This document shows positions 42,352-55,348 of a stretch of 64,000 nucleotides of DNA, piece by piece. Each line of letters begins with the position of its first letter. The first letter of the stretch is position 1. The stretch is from Eledone cirrhosa (taxonomy: Eukaryota). The translations under genes were made by a program, and so were the position numbers. Under the pieces are notes generated by a model. That model was given only the letters and a program-made list of their open reading frames with translations. It ran no database searches and was not told where the DNA came from. The DNA is taken from positions 115,630,001 through 115,694,000 of the forward strand of contig OZ024742.1 in the NCBI GenBank assembly GCA_964016885.1, in the 5' to 3' direction.

Positions 42352-42820
42352 CCTTCTTCTTCTTCTTCTTCTTCTTCTTCTTCTTCTTCTTCTTCTTCTT
42401 CTTCTTCTTCTTCTTCTTCTTCTTCTTCTTCTTCTTCTTCTTCTTCTTCTTCTTCTTCTTCTTCTTCTTCTTCTTCGTTTTCTTCTTCTTCGTTTTCTTC
42501 TTCTTCTTCTTCTTCTTCTTCTTCTTCTTCTTCTTCTTCTTGGAGGATTTCTGGGACGATCTATCTCGATCCTTAGAGGCGCCCAGCCGAGCTCTTCGAT
42601 GTCATTCAACCATCTTGCTCGTGGTCTACATCTGGTTTTCTTGCCGGTTGGTTTCCCCGCATAATCAATTCAAAGTTCTTACATGAATAATCCGAACAAT
42701 ATGTCCGTAATATCGGCGCTGAGATCGCTTAATTCAGATAAGTAATGGTTCTAATTGTAGCGACACTCATATCTCCGAGCTACTCATTATATCAACTAAT
42801 ATTACTCCAAATCCTCTTTT
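42352..42820 (-). mobile_element. RTE-like LINE 3' fragment with long (GAA)n tail
   Basis: Minus strand RSQRRYYGHIVR...GKPTGKKTRCRPRARWLNDI resembles an RTE C-terminus; (CTT)n at 42352-42541. Confidence 0.6.
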
Positions 42821-43432
42821 GGATTATATCTATATTTCTATAAGTATATATTTCTATAAGTATATATTACTATATGTCTATATTTATATAAGTTCAATAG
42901 TTTGCTTCGTGGAAGAACTCAATGAGTTCAGTTATTTATATACTTTCAACAATTTCTTAATAACTCATCTTTTTCTATACTTACCGTACATCTACTATAC
43001 TACTCAACTCTATACCTTAATAAATGAAAACATCTATATAATTCATACAACCACCTAACACTATACATCTGCTATACTGAGCACACACTAACACACGAAC
43101 TCGAACAAAGTTGTTTCAACTTTAGATCTTTGAGTTATTTCCCTTCGCTGTACTATGTTTCATTTAAAAAAAATCGTTTAAAATGCTACATTTTTATCGG
43201 TATCGTCAAACACGTCCACGCGCGTAATAACTAGGTCACAAATCTTGTGAGATGGTCAAAATTGGGTCTTAAAACCTTACACATAACTTTTGTTCTGTGT
43301 TCTGCTTGATTTAGCATTGTTTTCCTTTTCCAATTTTCACATCCACCGATATTTTAGTGTATATACACATATATACATACATAAACACATACACACATGC
43401 ACTCACACAGATATATATGTATATATGTGTAT

Positions 43433-43472
<40 letters not shown>

Positions 43473-43867
43473 GTGTATAAGAGTAAGATAGTGTATCTGC
43501 GTCTGAGTGTAATGTTTCTGTATATTGGATAAAGGAAAAAAAGAGCTTTATGTTAAGTACATAGGTAATATAAACTATATTATTATAAATAAATTCCAAA
43601 CACACGTGCATGCTTCTAGGCTTTTAAAGCATATTCTAGCGTAGTTCATATAGACAGCATATTTGCTAGTGTTGCTTAGCTTTCAGCCTGTAATATAAGC
43701 AACGCTAGCAGATATAACATCTCTAAAACGTATGCTACAGTAGGCTTTGACACATCAGGGGGCATGCAACTGTGTCGAGAATTTATTCTTAATAATATAG
43801 GCATATATATTCATATAAATATATATATATATATATGAATATATAAATATAGTATATTTGGCAATAT

Positions 43868-43966
43868 ACTGTATGCTTAATTAAATACACTGTATGCTTA
43901 ATTAAATATACTGTATGCTTAATTAAATATACTGTATGCTTAATTAAATATGCTGTATGCTTAATT
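43868..43966. repeat. 21-bp tandem repeat (about 5 units) inside a duplicated ~130-180-bp segment
   Basis: Unit actgtatgcttaattaaatat; segment 43830-44010 recurs at 44210-44335. Confidence 0.85.
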
Positions 43967-44024
43967 GCGCTATTATTTTAAAGTAGTGACTATCTCACTT
44001 CTTTTTTCAACAAACAAAGGGAGA

Positions 44025-44070
44025 TAAGCTGACAGATCTGTTTCATACTGTTGGTAATCTTCAGAACTTA
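44025..44070 (-). ncRNA. Minimal type I hammerhead ribozyme
   Basis: Minus strand taagtt-CTGAAGA-ttaccaacagtat-GAAA-cagatctg-TC-agctta; partial inverted copy at 44337-44375. Confidence 0.7.
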
Positions 44071-44398
44071 ACACTCGCCGATGCCTGTTGAAAATTATAG
44101 ATGTTAGTTTATTATAGAATTCCAGTAATAATCAGGAACTGATTATACAGAGCGATTGCCGGTCCAGCAAATATTGAAAATTAGAGTTGGTGCTATGAAA
44201 TAGCGATGTATACATGAATATATAAATATATATATAGTATAATTGGCAATATACTGTATGCTTAATTAAAAATATTTTGAAGACGTTGCGCTATTATTTT
44301 AAACTAGTGACTAAGTCACTTACTTCTTTTTTCAAGGATTACCAACAGTATGAAACAGATCTGTCAGCTTATCTCCTTTTGTTGTAAAACGAAGTAAG

Positions 44399-44492
<94 letters not shown>

Positions 44493-44537
44493 TAAGCAAA
44501 TAATGAACAAACAATTCCTTATATTAAACAAAAAAAG

Positions 44538-44692
44538 TTCACTATTTAACGATCGTTTCTAGGGTATATATGTGTTATAATTGGTATGCATATTTAACAG
44601 ATCTATGTACAAAATTATACAAAATTATACAAATTATCAAGATTAAATATACATACCTAACTCATATATACGCCGTCTTCAGAAATAATGAA
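44538..44692 (-). ncRNA. Type I hammerhead ribozyme with extended stem II (mirror copy)
   Basis: Reverse complement of 54968-55122. Confidence 0.7.
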
Positions 44693-45465
44693 GTATATTT
44701 ATTGATAATAACAACAATTCAAAATATCAGTTCAAAATTGACCAATGAAAACACAAAGGGTTAAAAAGCAGTTTGGTGTGTGTATATACATGTAAAAACC
44801 TTATACATATTTTACAATAATGTGTGTATAATTTGTATGTGCATACTAAAAAGATGGATGCAAATATAAAATTTCAAGGTTAATATCTCTGTAAGCTTAA
44901 TGCGCTGATAAGATACGCAATGATACTTATGGAGTCAAGCATATAAATATATTTTTTTCATACTCACACATATCAGTATAATCACACATACATGTGCGTA
45001 TATATATAAATATACACATAACCACGAACACACAAACACACACACTCCCCCACTCACATTTATATATGTGGATATAAAATCATAAGCAAAAAGAAATTAA
45101 GTCACTCACATAAAAACACTGGTACACACATTTCAAGATCAAGATACAGAAATTAGGTGGGAGGGGGGGGGGGGGAGGGGTCAGTATTAGATTGTCAGAC
45201 CAGACAGCCTAATATAAATGTATCTATAAATTAAGAAAAATAAAAAAATAAAAACAATAAAATATAGTACATATAATATAATGTACATACGCATACAGAT
45301 ATACATACACATACATACATTTACGCGCACATAGAGATATCTACACATACATACATACACACATACCTATACTGTCATACACACACATACATTTACATGA
45401 ACATACACATACACATATAAAAAGATATAAATACACACACACACACGCGCAACACATACACACAT

Positions 45466-45512
<47 letters not shown>

Positions 45513-45624
45513 TATACACACACACACAGACTCATATATATATACATACACATACATACACATATACAAACATATATATCCCCACACTCATACCACCATA
45601 AAAACACATACAAACACCCAGATG

Positions 45625-45659
<35 letters not shown>

Positions 45660-45872
45660 ACATACACACACGTACACATATATGTATATATACATACATA
45701 TATACACACATACACATATATATATACACACACACATAAAATACAGACATGCACATATATATATATATATATATATATATTTCATTACTCTTATATATAC
45801 ACATAGTATATATACATACACAACCTCACTTATACACATATACACATAAGTTATATTACAATAATAATAAAG

Positions 45873-45927
<55 letters not shown>

Positions 45928-46048
45928 TATACATACACATATATACATACACATACATACATACACATACATACATACACCTAAATATATACATATATAA
46001 ATACACATATACGAATAAAGACATATATTCACACATAGACACCTATAT

Positions 46049-46084
<36 letters not shown>

Positions 46085-47909
46085 ATATACACACACATAC
46101 TCATATATACACATATATATATATACACACATACACACACACACACACACACAGACACACATACACACTCACATATATATATATATATATATGTGTATGT
46201 GAGTGTGCGCAAATACATATATATATACACACACACATACAAACACACACAAACACATACATAAGCATACGTGCACACACACACACATATATCACATAGA
46301 CACTAAGATAAACATATAAATAGAGAGACATACAAATATATACAGAACCCATATACACATACATACAAACACGCATATACATATATATACATATATACAC
46401 ATATATATATTCCTATATACAAGCATACACATACACACACATATATACATATACATACACATATACATACCACACATTCACATACACATACATATATAAT
46501 ATACATATATATACATATATATACGTACATATGTATGTACAATCATATATACACACTCAATCTTACATTCATATTTACATGCTCATATATATATTATTAT
46601 ATTTAGAAATAAATACCAAAACCTATATAGACACTCATCTACACATATATTCATACATATACGCTTACAAAAACAGATGATAATAGTATGGGGGAAAGGG
46701 GGGGTTTGGAGAAGGGGATCAAAGTAAATATATTTTTCAAGAAACATATAATATTTTCCATATCTTAATTCAATGTATGTTCTTACATATTTTCAGTGCT
46801 AGGAAATACGAAATCTATGCATCACAAAATAAAAAAGTATACCATTAATCATATGTTAACTAAACCAAAGATAGTCAACATATTGATTTCCAAGGTGTAA
46901 ATTAGTTAGGTTTATAATATTTGAAGCAGAATTATGAAGTCAAACAGTAGTAGATTATTAATTACATTATAACTAAATTAAAGTTAATAACGTTATGGTA
47001 TCAATATTAGGAGATGAATTTAGTACTAGGGAAAAGAAACCCAAATAAAAATAAAATAAAGTATTACATCGGTAGTAGCATATAAATTATATGTTAACTA
47101 AATTAAAAATTATATATTTATTTCAATAGTATACGTTAATTAGTATATGTTAATTAGGTATACAATACATAAAGCAGATATTGTATTTCATCAATAGCAT
47201 AATATAATTATATGCAAATAAAAATCAAAATTAATACGCATACATATACATATATATACACATACACATATATATACATATACATACACATATATATATA
47301 TATATATATACATATATATATACATACATACATATATAGTCACATAAATATACATACAGATACACATACAACACACACATATACATATACATATAGATAT
47401 ACATATCTTTTTCAAAAAATTTGCACAGAATATATTAACTAGGTATATATCCAAAACACCTCCCATTCTATGATTACATGACATTCTGCAATTCGTCTGT
47501 ACAAGGATACTAATTTTAAGCAAATTAAAATTAAAGTTTTAGGTTGATTAAAACTAAAACCAAATAATAAATATATTTCCAAAATGTATATTAATTAGGT
47601 CTATAATACTAAAAATTCTTTCTCCGTCATAGGATACATGATATTATTTTGTTATATTTTATCTGTAAAGGAATTATAATAAAAAAAATTATAATAAAAG
47701 GTTAAACTAAATTAAAAAATTATAATAAAAGGTTAAAATAAGTTAAAATTAATCTATAAATTAAATTACTGAATATATATTAGTAATATTTAAAGGTTTT
47801 TCAAAATTTATGATTACATAATATTTTCTCATCTGTAATAAAATATTAATTAAATTAAATTTATAGGTTAACTAACATTTAAATTAAATTAAATTCTAGA
47901 ATAATGTTA

Positions 47910-49850
47910 TTAATTAGGTTTATAATATTTAAATGTTTTTTTTAGTTTATGATTACACGATATAATTAATTCCTGTCTTTTATTTAATAAGATATCCCTA
48001 GACTTCATTATTTCAAATAGTTCTTGGGAACATAATCTACATTCCTTTCTATTATTTTGATAAGGGGTGGCTCTTTTGAGCACACTCCAGGTCAAATCAT
48101 ATTTTATATTTTTATTTTTATAACTATTGATTTTTTCTGCTAGAGATGTTGTATTAGCCAGTGCGGCATTTTTAAAGCTATGTTTGTGGGTATTATACCT
48201 TGTCTTAAAATTGTTAGAGGTAGCTCCTATATATGAGCAAATAGAATCTTTAGTTTTAACATTACATTTATAGACTATGTTGTTAACAAGACAATTCCCT
48301 TTTAATGGGCAGTTTGTTTTGTTTCTACAGTTACATCCTTTCGTTAATTCTGTATTTGAGGAGATATTATTGTTAATTTGATGTACTGGTGGTATACTTA
48401 TGGTTTTCTTACATTTATATGCATTATATGCACTTATATTTTGTTTTATGTTATTTGTTGTAGAGTATGAGAATTTAACTGTAGACCTATTTAAGATTTG
48501 ATGGTATTTGTGGTTTGGCGGGAAGTTTTTCTCAAGGATATAAAAAAATTTTTTAGCAATATTATCCTTAACTTGTAAATTAAAAGGAGCATTATACCAA
48601 GTAACTCGTCTATTACGGTTTCTATGTTGTTTATTATTTTTATTATTTTTATATGTTGTATCATGATTTTTACTAGGAGGAATAATGTTAATGATCTCAC
48701 CACCACTATTTTTAGTTATATTTGTAGATTTAGGTGTTTTATCTTTTTTATTAGGAGTTTTATTATTAATATTTATTATAGTCGTATGATGAGTAGTTTT
48801 TTGAGGGTTACTATACTTTATATTAGAAGATTTAGTATTTTGGGGTATACTGTGGGTGGCATTTAGGTGTGTACTTTTCATTTGGTGTTTGTTGGTAATA
48901 TTATGCTGTATGCTTTCAGTATTTTTAGTAGAAGGTATATACTCTAATCTATTTTTGTGGCCACTTCTATCTAGAGCTTCATTATAAAAGGTCGCATTTT
49001 TATCAAATACATCTTGGTTAGAAGAAAGGTTAGAAATTCTAAGTGATATATTATATGCAAGGTTTTTAAGGATAGATTTAGGGTGATTAGATTGTGAGTG
49101 TATGTAATGTAAGTTTTGGTTAGGTTTATGGTAAGGTTGGTATATACCCGTAGCTAAATCTAAAGTTATATCTAGGAAATTTACTACTTTACTTGTTTTT
49201 TCAAAAGTAATATTAAGATTATAATAGTCTTTAAGGAAAGTTCTAATATGCTTTTTGTTTTTTTCGATTTCTGAAAGGCTAAGGTTGTTAGAAAGAAGAA
49301 GACAGTCATCACGATATAAACCACCTTTGAGGTGGGGAAAAGAGGCATTTATGTTGAAAAGGAGAAAGAGGCCAACAAGATCAGTAATTTGGGCAGAATC
49401 GCTTGAACCCATAGTAATATCAAAAAGATTACTATAAGTGTTTCTGGTCCAGTATTCATTCTGAAATTCAATAAGTGTTTGTCTAGCATGTGTAATAATG
49501 TTAATGTCATCCGAAGTTAAATTAGATCTATTTTTAGCAAATATTAATGCTTTGTTCAGGAGTATGGGTGATATAGAAGAATAGTAATTATCTATATCAA
49601 ACTGTAGGAAAGAAGCAGAAGATTTACACCTAATATTTTTAAACCAATTAATTACCTGGGAGGTGTTTTCCCAGAGTGGTAAAATAACGTATTTTCTTAT
49701 TTGTGGGATGACTCTATCTAAAATTTTTTTGCTAATTATTCCAATATCTGATTTGGAGGGACATATAAGTCTAATAGAAGGATTAGAGTTAAAGTTAGAT
49801 TTGTGATCTTTCAGGTTGAAGTGTGTCCACACTTCAACCTGAAAGATCAC
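47910..49850 (-). CDS. PLE RT + GIY-YIG endonuclease, 5'-truncated, uninterrupted (mirror copy)
   Basis: Translation identical to 49803-51743 except the two residues at the loop. Confidence 0.85.
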   Translation of the reverse strand: MIFQVEVWTHFNLKDHKSNFNSNPSIRLICPSKSDIGIISKKILDRVIPQIRKYVILPLWENTSQVINWFKNIRCKSSASFLQFDIDNYYSSISPILLNKALIFAKNRSNLTSDDINIITHARQTLIEFQNEYWTRNTYSNLFDITMGSSDSAQITDLVGLFLLFNINASFPHLKGGLYRDDCLLLSNNLSLSEIEKNKKHIRTFLKDYYNLNITFEKTSKVVNFLDITLDLATGIYQPYHKPNQNLHYIHSQSNHPKSILKNLAYNISLRISNLSSNQDVFDKNATFYNEALDRSGHKNRLEYIPSTKNTESIQHNITNKHQMKSTHLNATHSIPQNTKSSNIKYSNPQKTTHHTTIININNKTPNKKDKTPKSTNITKNSGGEIINIIPPSKNHDTTYKNNKNNKQHRNRNRRVTWYNAPFNLQVKDNIAKKFFYILEKNFPPNHKYHQILNRSTVKFSYSTTNNIKQNISAYNAYKCKKTISIPPVHQINNNISSNTELTKGCNCRNKTNCPLKGNCLVNNIVYKCNVKTKDSICSYIGATSNNFKTRYNTHKHSFKNAALANTTSLAEKINSYKNKNIKYDLTWSVLKRATPYQNNRKECRLCSQELFEIMKSRDILLNKRQELIISCNHKLKKTFKYYKPN

Positions 49851-51743
49851 AAATCTAACTTTAACTCTAATCCTTCTATTAGACTTATATGTCCCTCCAA
49901 ATCAGATATTGGAATAATTAGCAAAAAAATTTTAGATAGAGTCATCCCACAAATAAGAAAATACGTTATTTTACCACTCTGGGAAAACACCTCCCAGGTA
50001 ATTAATTGGTTTAAAAATATTAGGTGTAAATCTTCTGCTTCTTTCCTACAGTTTGATATAGATAATTACTATTCTTCTATATCACCCATACTCCTGAACA
50101 AAGCATTAATATTTGCTAAAAATAGATCTAATTTAACTTCGGATGACATTAACATTATTACACATGCTAGACAAACACTTATTGAATTTCAGAATGAATA
50201 CTGGACCAGAAACACTTATAGTAATCTTTTTGATATTACTATGGGTTCAAGCGATTCTGCCCAAATTACTGATCTTGTTGGCCTCTTTCTCCTTTTCAAC
50301 ATAAATGCCTCTTTTCCCCACCTCAAAGGTGGTTTATATCGTGATGACTGTCTTCTTCTTTCTAACAACCTTAGCCTTTCAGAAATCGAAAAAAACAAAA
50401 AGCATATTAGAACTTTCCTTAAAGACTATTATAATCTTAATATTACTTTTGAAAAAACAAGTAAAGTAGTAAATTTCCTAGATATAACTTTAGATTTAGC
50501 TACGGGTATATACCAACCTTACCATAAACCTAACCAAAACTTACATTACATACACTCACAATCTAATCACCCTAAATCTATCCTTAAAAACCTTGCATAT
50601 AATATATCACTTAGAATTTCTAACCTTTCTTCTAACCAAGATGTATTTGATAAAAATGCGACCTTTTATAATGAAGCTCTAGATAGAAGTGGCCACAAAA
50701 ATAGATTAGAGTATATACCTTCTACTAAAAATACTGAAAGCATACAGCATAATATTACCAACAAACACCAAATGAAAAGTACACACCTAAATGCCACCCA
50801 CAGTATACCCCAAAATACTAAATCTTCTAATATAAAGTATAGTAACCCTCAAAAAACTACTCATCATACGACTATAATAAATATTAATAATAAAACTCCT
50901 AATAAAAAAGATAAAACACCTAAATCTACAAATATAACTAAAAATAGTGGTGGTGAGATCATTAACATTATTCCTCCTAGTAAAAATCATGATACAACAT
51001 ATAAAAATAATAAAAATAATAAACAACATAGAAACCGTAATAGACGAGTTACTTGGTATAATGCTCCTTTTAATTTACAAGTTAAGGATAATATTGCTAA
51101 AAAATTTTTTTATATCCTTGAGAAAAACTTCCCGCCAAACCACAAATACCATCAAATCTTAAATAGGTCTACAGTTAAATTCTCATACTCTACAACAAAT
51201 AACATAAAACAAAATATAAGTGCATATAATGCATATAAATGTAAGAAAACCATAAGTATACCACCAGTACATCAAATTAACAATAATATCTCCTCAAATA
51301 CAGAATTAACGAAAGGATGTAACTGTAGAAACAAAACAAACTGCCCATTAAAAGGGAATTGTCTTGTTAACAACATAGTCTATAAATGTAATGTTAAAAC
51401 TAAAGATTCTATTTGCTCATATATAGGAGCTACCTCTAACAATTTTAAGACAAGGTATAATACCCACAAACATAGCTTTAAAAATGCCGCACTGGCTAAT
51501 ACAACATCTCTAGCAGAAAAAATCAATAGTTATAAAAATAAAAATATAAAATATGATTTGACCTGGAGTGTGCTCAAAAGAGCCACCCCTTATCAAAATA
51601 ATAGAAAGGAATGTAGATTATGTTCCCAAGAACTATTTGAAATAATGAAGTCTAGGGATATCTTATTAAATAAAAGACAGGAATTAATTATATCGTGTAA
51701 TCATAAACTAAAAAAAACATTTAAATATTATAAACCTAATTAA
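49803..51743 (+). CDS. PLE RT + Cys-rich linker + C-terminal GIY-YIG endonuclease (Nematis/Neptune-type architecture), lacks native N-terminus
   Basis: LKDHK..SIRLI, QFDIDNYYSSI, TMGSSDSAQ, LYRDD, VNFLDITL, YHKP..SNHP, WYNAPF, CNCRNKTNCPLKGNC, IVY..YIGAT..KTRYNTH, CRLCSQE, LLNKRQE. The listed start is a GTG created by the fold-back. Confidence 0.88.
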   Translation: MIFQVEVCPHFNLKDHKSNFNSNPSIRLICPSKSDIGIISKKILDRVIPQIRKYVILPLWENTSQVINWFKNIRCKSSASFLQFDIDNYYSSISPILLNKALIFAKNRSNLTSDDINIITHARQTLIEFQNEYWTRNTYSNLFDITMGSSDSAQITDLVGLFLLFNINASFPHLKGGLYRDDCLLLSNNLSLSEIEKNKKHIRTFLKDYYNLNITFEKTSKVVNFLDITLDLATGIYQPYHKPNQNLHYIHSQSNHPKSILKNLAYNISLRISNLSSNQDVFDKNATFYNEALDRSGHKNRLEYIPSTKNTESIQHNITNKHQMKSTHLNATHSIPQNTKSSNIKYSNPQKTTHHTTIININNKTPNKKDKTPKSTNITKNSGGEIINIIPPSKNHDTTYKNNKNNKQHRNRNRRVTWYNAPFNLQVKDNIAKKFFYILEKNFPPNHKYHQILNRSTVKFSYSTTNNIKQNISAYNAYKCKKTISIPPVHQINNNISSNTELTKGCNCRNKTNCPLKGNCLVNNIVYKCNVKTKDSICSYIGATSNNFKTRYNTHKHSFKNAALANTTSLAEKINSYKNKNIKYDLTWSVLKRATPYQNNRKECRLCSQELFEIMKSRDILLNKRQELIISCNHKLKKTFKYYKPN

Positions 51744-53570
51744 TAACATTATTCTAGAATTTAATTTAATTTAAATGTTAGTTAACCTATAAATTTAATT
51801 TAATTAATATTTTATTACAGATGAGAAAATATTATGTAATCATAAATTTTGAAAAACCTTTAAATATTACTAATATATATTCAGTAATTTAATTTATAGA
51901 TTAATTTTAACTTATTTTAACCTTTTATTATAATTTTTTAATTTAGTTTAACCTTTTATTATAATTTTTTTTATTATAATTCCTTTACAGATAAAATATA
52001 ACAAAATAATATCATGTATCCTATGACGGAGAAAGAATTTTTAGTATTATAGACCTAATTAATATACATTTTGGAAATATATTTATTATTTGGTTTTAGT
52101 TTTAATCAACCTAAAACTTTAATTTTAATTTGCTTAAAATTAGTATCCTTGTACAGACGAATTGCAGAATGTCATGTAATCATAGAATGGGAGGTGTTTT
52201 GGATATATACCTAGTTAATATATTCTGTGCAAATTTTTTGAAAAAGATATGTATATCTATATGTATATGTATATGTGTGTGTTGTATGTGTATCTGTATG
52301 TATATTTATGTGACTATATATGTATGTATGTATATATATATGTATATATATATATATATATATGTGTATGTATATGTATATATATGTGTATGTGTATATA
52401 TATGTATATGTATGCGTATTAATTTTGATTTTTATTTGCATATAATTATATTATGCTATTGATGAAATACAATATCTGCTTTATGTATTGTATACCTAAT
52501 TAACATATACTAATTAACGTATACTATTGAAATAAATATATAATTTTTAATTTAGTTAACATATAATTTATATGCTACTACCGATGTAATACTTTATTTT
52601 ATTTTTATTTGGGTTTCTTTTCCCTAGTACTAAATTCATCTCCTAATATTGATACCATAACGTTATTAACTTTAATTTAGTTATAATGTAATTAATAATC
52701 TACTACTGTTTGACTTCATAATTCTGCTTCAAATATTATAAACCTAACTAATTTACACCTTGGAAATCAATATGTTGACTATCTTTGGTTTAGTTAACAT
52801 ATGATTAATGGTATACTTTTTTATTTTGTGATGCATAGATTTCGTATTTCCTAGCACTGAAAATATGTAAGAACATACATTGAATTAAGATATGGAAAAT
52901 ATTATATGTTTCTTGAAAAATATATTTACTTTGATCCCCTTCTCCAAACCCCCCCTTTCCCCCATACTATTATCATCTGTTTTTGTAAGCGTATATGTAT
53001 GAATATATGTGTAGATGAGTGTCTATATAGGTTTTGGTATTTATTTCTAAATATAATAATATATATATGAGCATGTAAATATGAATGTAAGATTGAGTGT
53101 GTATATATGATTGTACATACATATGTACGTATATATATGTATATATATGTATATTATATATGTATGTGTATGTGAATGTGTGGTATGTATATGTGTATGT
53201 ATATGTATATATGTGTGTGTATGTGTATGCTTGTATATAGGAATATATATATGTGTATATATGTATATATATGTATATGCGTGTTTGTATGTATGTGTAT
53301 ATGGGTTCTGTATATATTTGTATGTCTCTCTATTTATATGTTTATCTTAGTGTCTATGTGATATATGTGTGTGTGTGTGCACGTATGCTTATGTATGTGT
53401 TTGTGTGTGTTTGTATGTGTGTGTGTATATATATATATGTATTTGCGCACACTCACATACACATATATATATATATATATATGTGAGTGTTTATGTGTGT
53501 CTGTGTGTGTGTGTGTGTGTGTATGTGTGTATATATATATATGTGTATATATGAGTATGTGTGTGTATAT

Positions 53571-53606
<36 letters not shown>

Positions 53607-53727
53607 ATATAGGTGTCTATGTGTGAATATATGTCTTTATTCGTATATGTGTATTTATATATGTATATATTTAGGTGTATGTATGTATGTGTATGTATGT
53701 ATGTGTATGTATATATGTGTATGTATA

Positions 53728-53782
<55 letters not shown>

Positions 53783-53995
53783 CTTTATTATTATTGTAAT
53801 ATAACTTATGTGTATATGTGTATAAGTGAGGTTGTGTATGTATATATACTATGTGTATATATAAGAGTAATGAAATATATATATATATATATATATAAAT
53901 GTGCATGTCTGTATTTTATGTGTGTGTGTATATATATATGTGTATGTGTGTATATATGTATGTATATATACATATATGTGTACGTGTGTGTATGT

Positions 53996-54032
<37 letters not shown>

Positions 54033-54144
54033 CATCTGGGTGTTTGTATGTGTTTTTATGGTGGTATGAGTGTGGGGATATATATGTTTGTATATGTGTA
54101 TGTATGTGTATGTATATATATATGAGTCTGTGTGTGTGTGTATA

Positions 54145-54189
<45 letters not shown>

Positions 54190-54967
54190 ATGTGTGTATG
54201 TGTTGCGCGTGTGTGTGTGTGTATTTATATCTTTTTATATGTGTATGTGTATGTTCATGTAAATGTATGTGTGTGTATGACAGTATAGGTATGTGTGTAT
54301 GTATGTATGTGTAGATATCTCTATGTGCGCGTAAATGTATGTATGTGTATGTATATCTGTATGCGTATGTACATTATATTATATGTACTATATTTTATTG
54401 TTTTTATTTTTTTATTTTTCTTAATTTATAGATACATTTATATTAGGCTGTCTGGTCTGACAATCTAATACTGACCCCTCCCCCCCCCCCCCCCCCCTCC
54501 CACCTAATTTCTGTATCTTGATCTTGAAATGTGTGTACCAGTGTTTTTATGTGAGTGACTTAATTTCTTTTTGCTTATGATTTTATATCCACATATATAA
54601 ATGTGAGTGGGGGAGTGTGTGTGTTTGTGTGTTCGTGGTTATGTGTATATTTATATATATACGCACATGTATGTGTGATTATACTGATATGTGTGAGTAT
54701 GAAAAAAATATATTTATATGCTTGACTCCATAAGTATCATTGCGTATCTTATCAGCGCATTAAGCTTACAGAGATATTAACCTTGAAATTTTATATTTGC
54801 ATCCATCTTTTTAGTATGCACATACAAATTATACACACATTATTGTAAAATATGTGTAAGGTTTTTACATGTATATACACACACCAAACTGCTTTTTAAC
54901 CCTTTGTGTTTTCATTGGTCAATTTTGAACTGATATTTTGAATTGTTGTTATTATCAATAAATATAC

Positions 54968-55122
54968 TTCATTATTTCTGAAGACGGCGTATATATGAGT
55001 TAGGTATGTATATTTAATCTTGATAATTTGTATAATTTTGTATAATTTTGTACATAGATCTGTTAAATATGCATACCAATTATAACACATATATACCCTA
55101 GAAACGATCGTTAAATAGTGAA
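54968..55122 (+). ncRNA. Type I hammerhead ribozyme with ~115-nt stem II in the PLE 3' region
   Basis: Stem I ttcattattt/aaatagtgaa; CTGAAGA at 54978-54984; stem II helices gtatatatg/catatatac and ggtatgtatatttaa/ttaaatatgcatacc; GAAA at 55101-55104; palindromic cgatcg; GUU site. Confidence 0.72.
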
Positions 55123-55306
55123 CTTTTTTTGTTTAATATAAGGAATTGTTTGTTCATTATTTGCTTAATATTTTATCTTGACTCTGTATACCGTTTATCT
55201 TTCACCGAAATTGGATTTTCATTTATCTCTTCTTTCCATGATATCCGGAATACATTGAGTTCTTCATACGGATTGGACACTAACGTAAACTCTTGGTAGA
55301 TTTATC

Positions 55307-55348
<42 letters not shown>

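Larger units (their letters stand above)
44484..55309. mobile_element. Palindromic (head-to-head) Penelope-like element insertion in (TA)n
   Basis: Arms 44484-49825 and 49828-55176, loop tc, extra 3' tail 55177-55309; (TA)n at ~44408-44485 and 55310-55345. Confidence 0.9.

Noticed and set aside
49803-49850. Apparent start codon giving a complete 646-aa protein
   Set aside because: The first residues come from the opposite arm of the hairpin, and the first true ATG lies inside the RT core, so the copy is 5'-truncated.
47910-51743. Naiad-type or selenoprotein PLE
   Set aside because: The endonuclease is C-terminal and there are no in-frame TGA codons.
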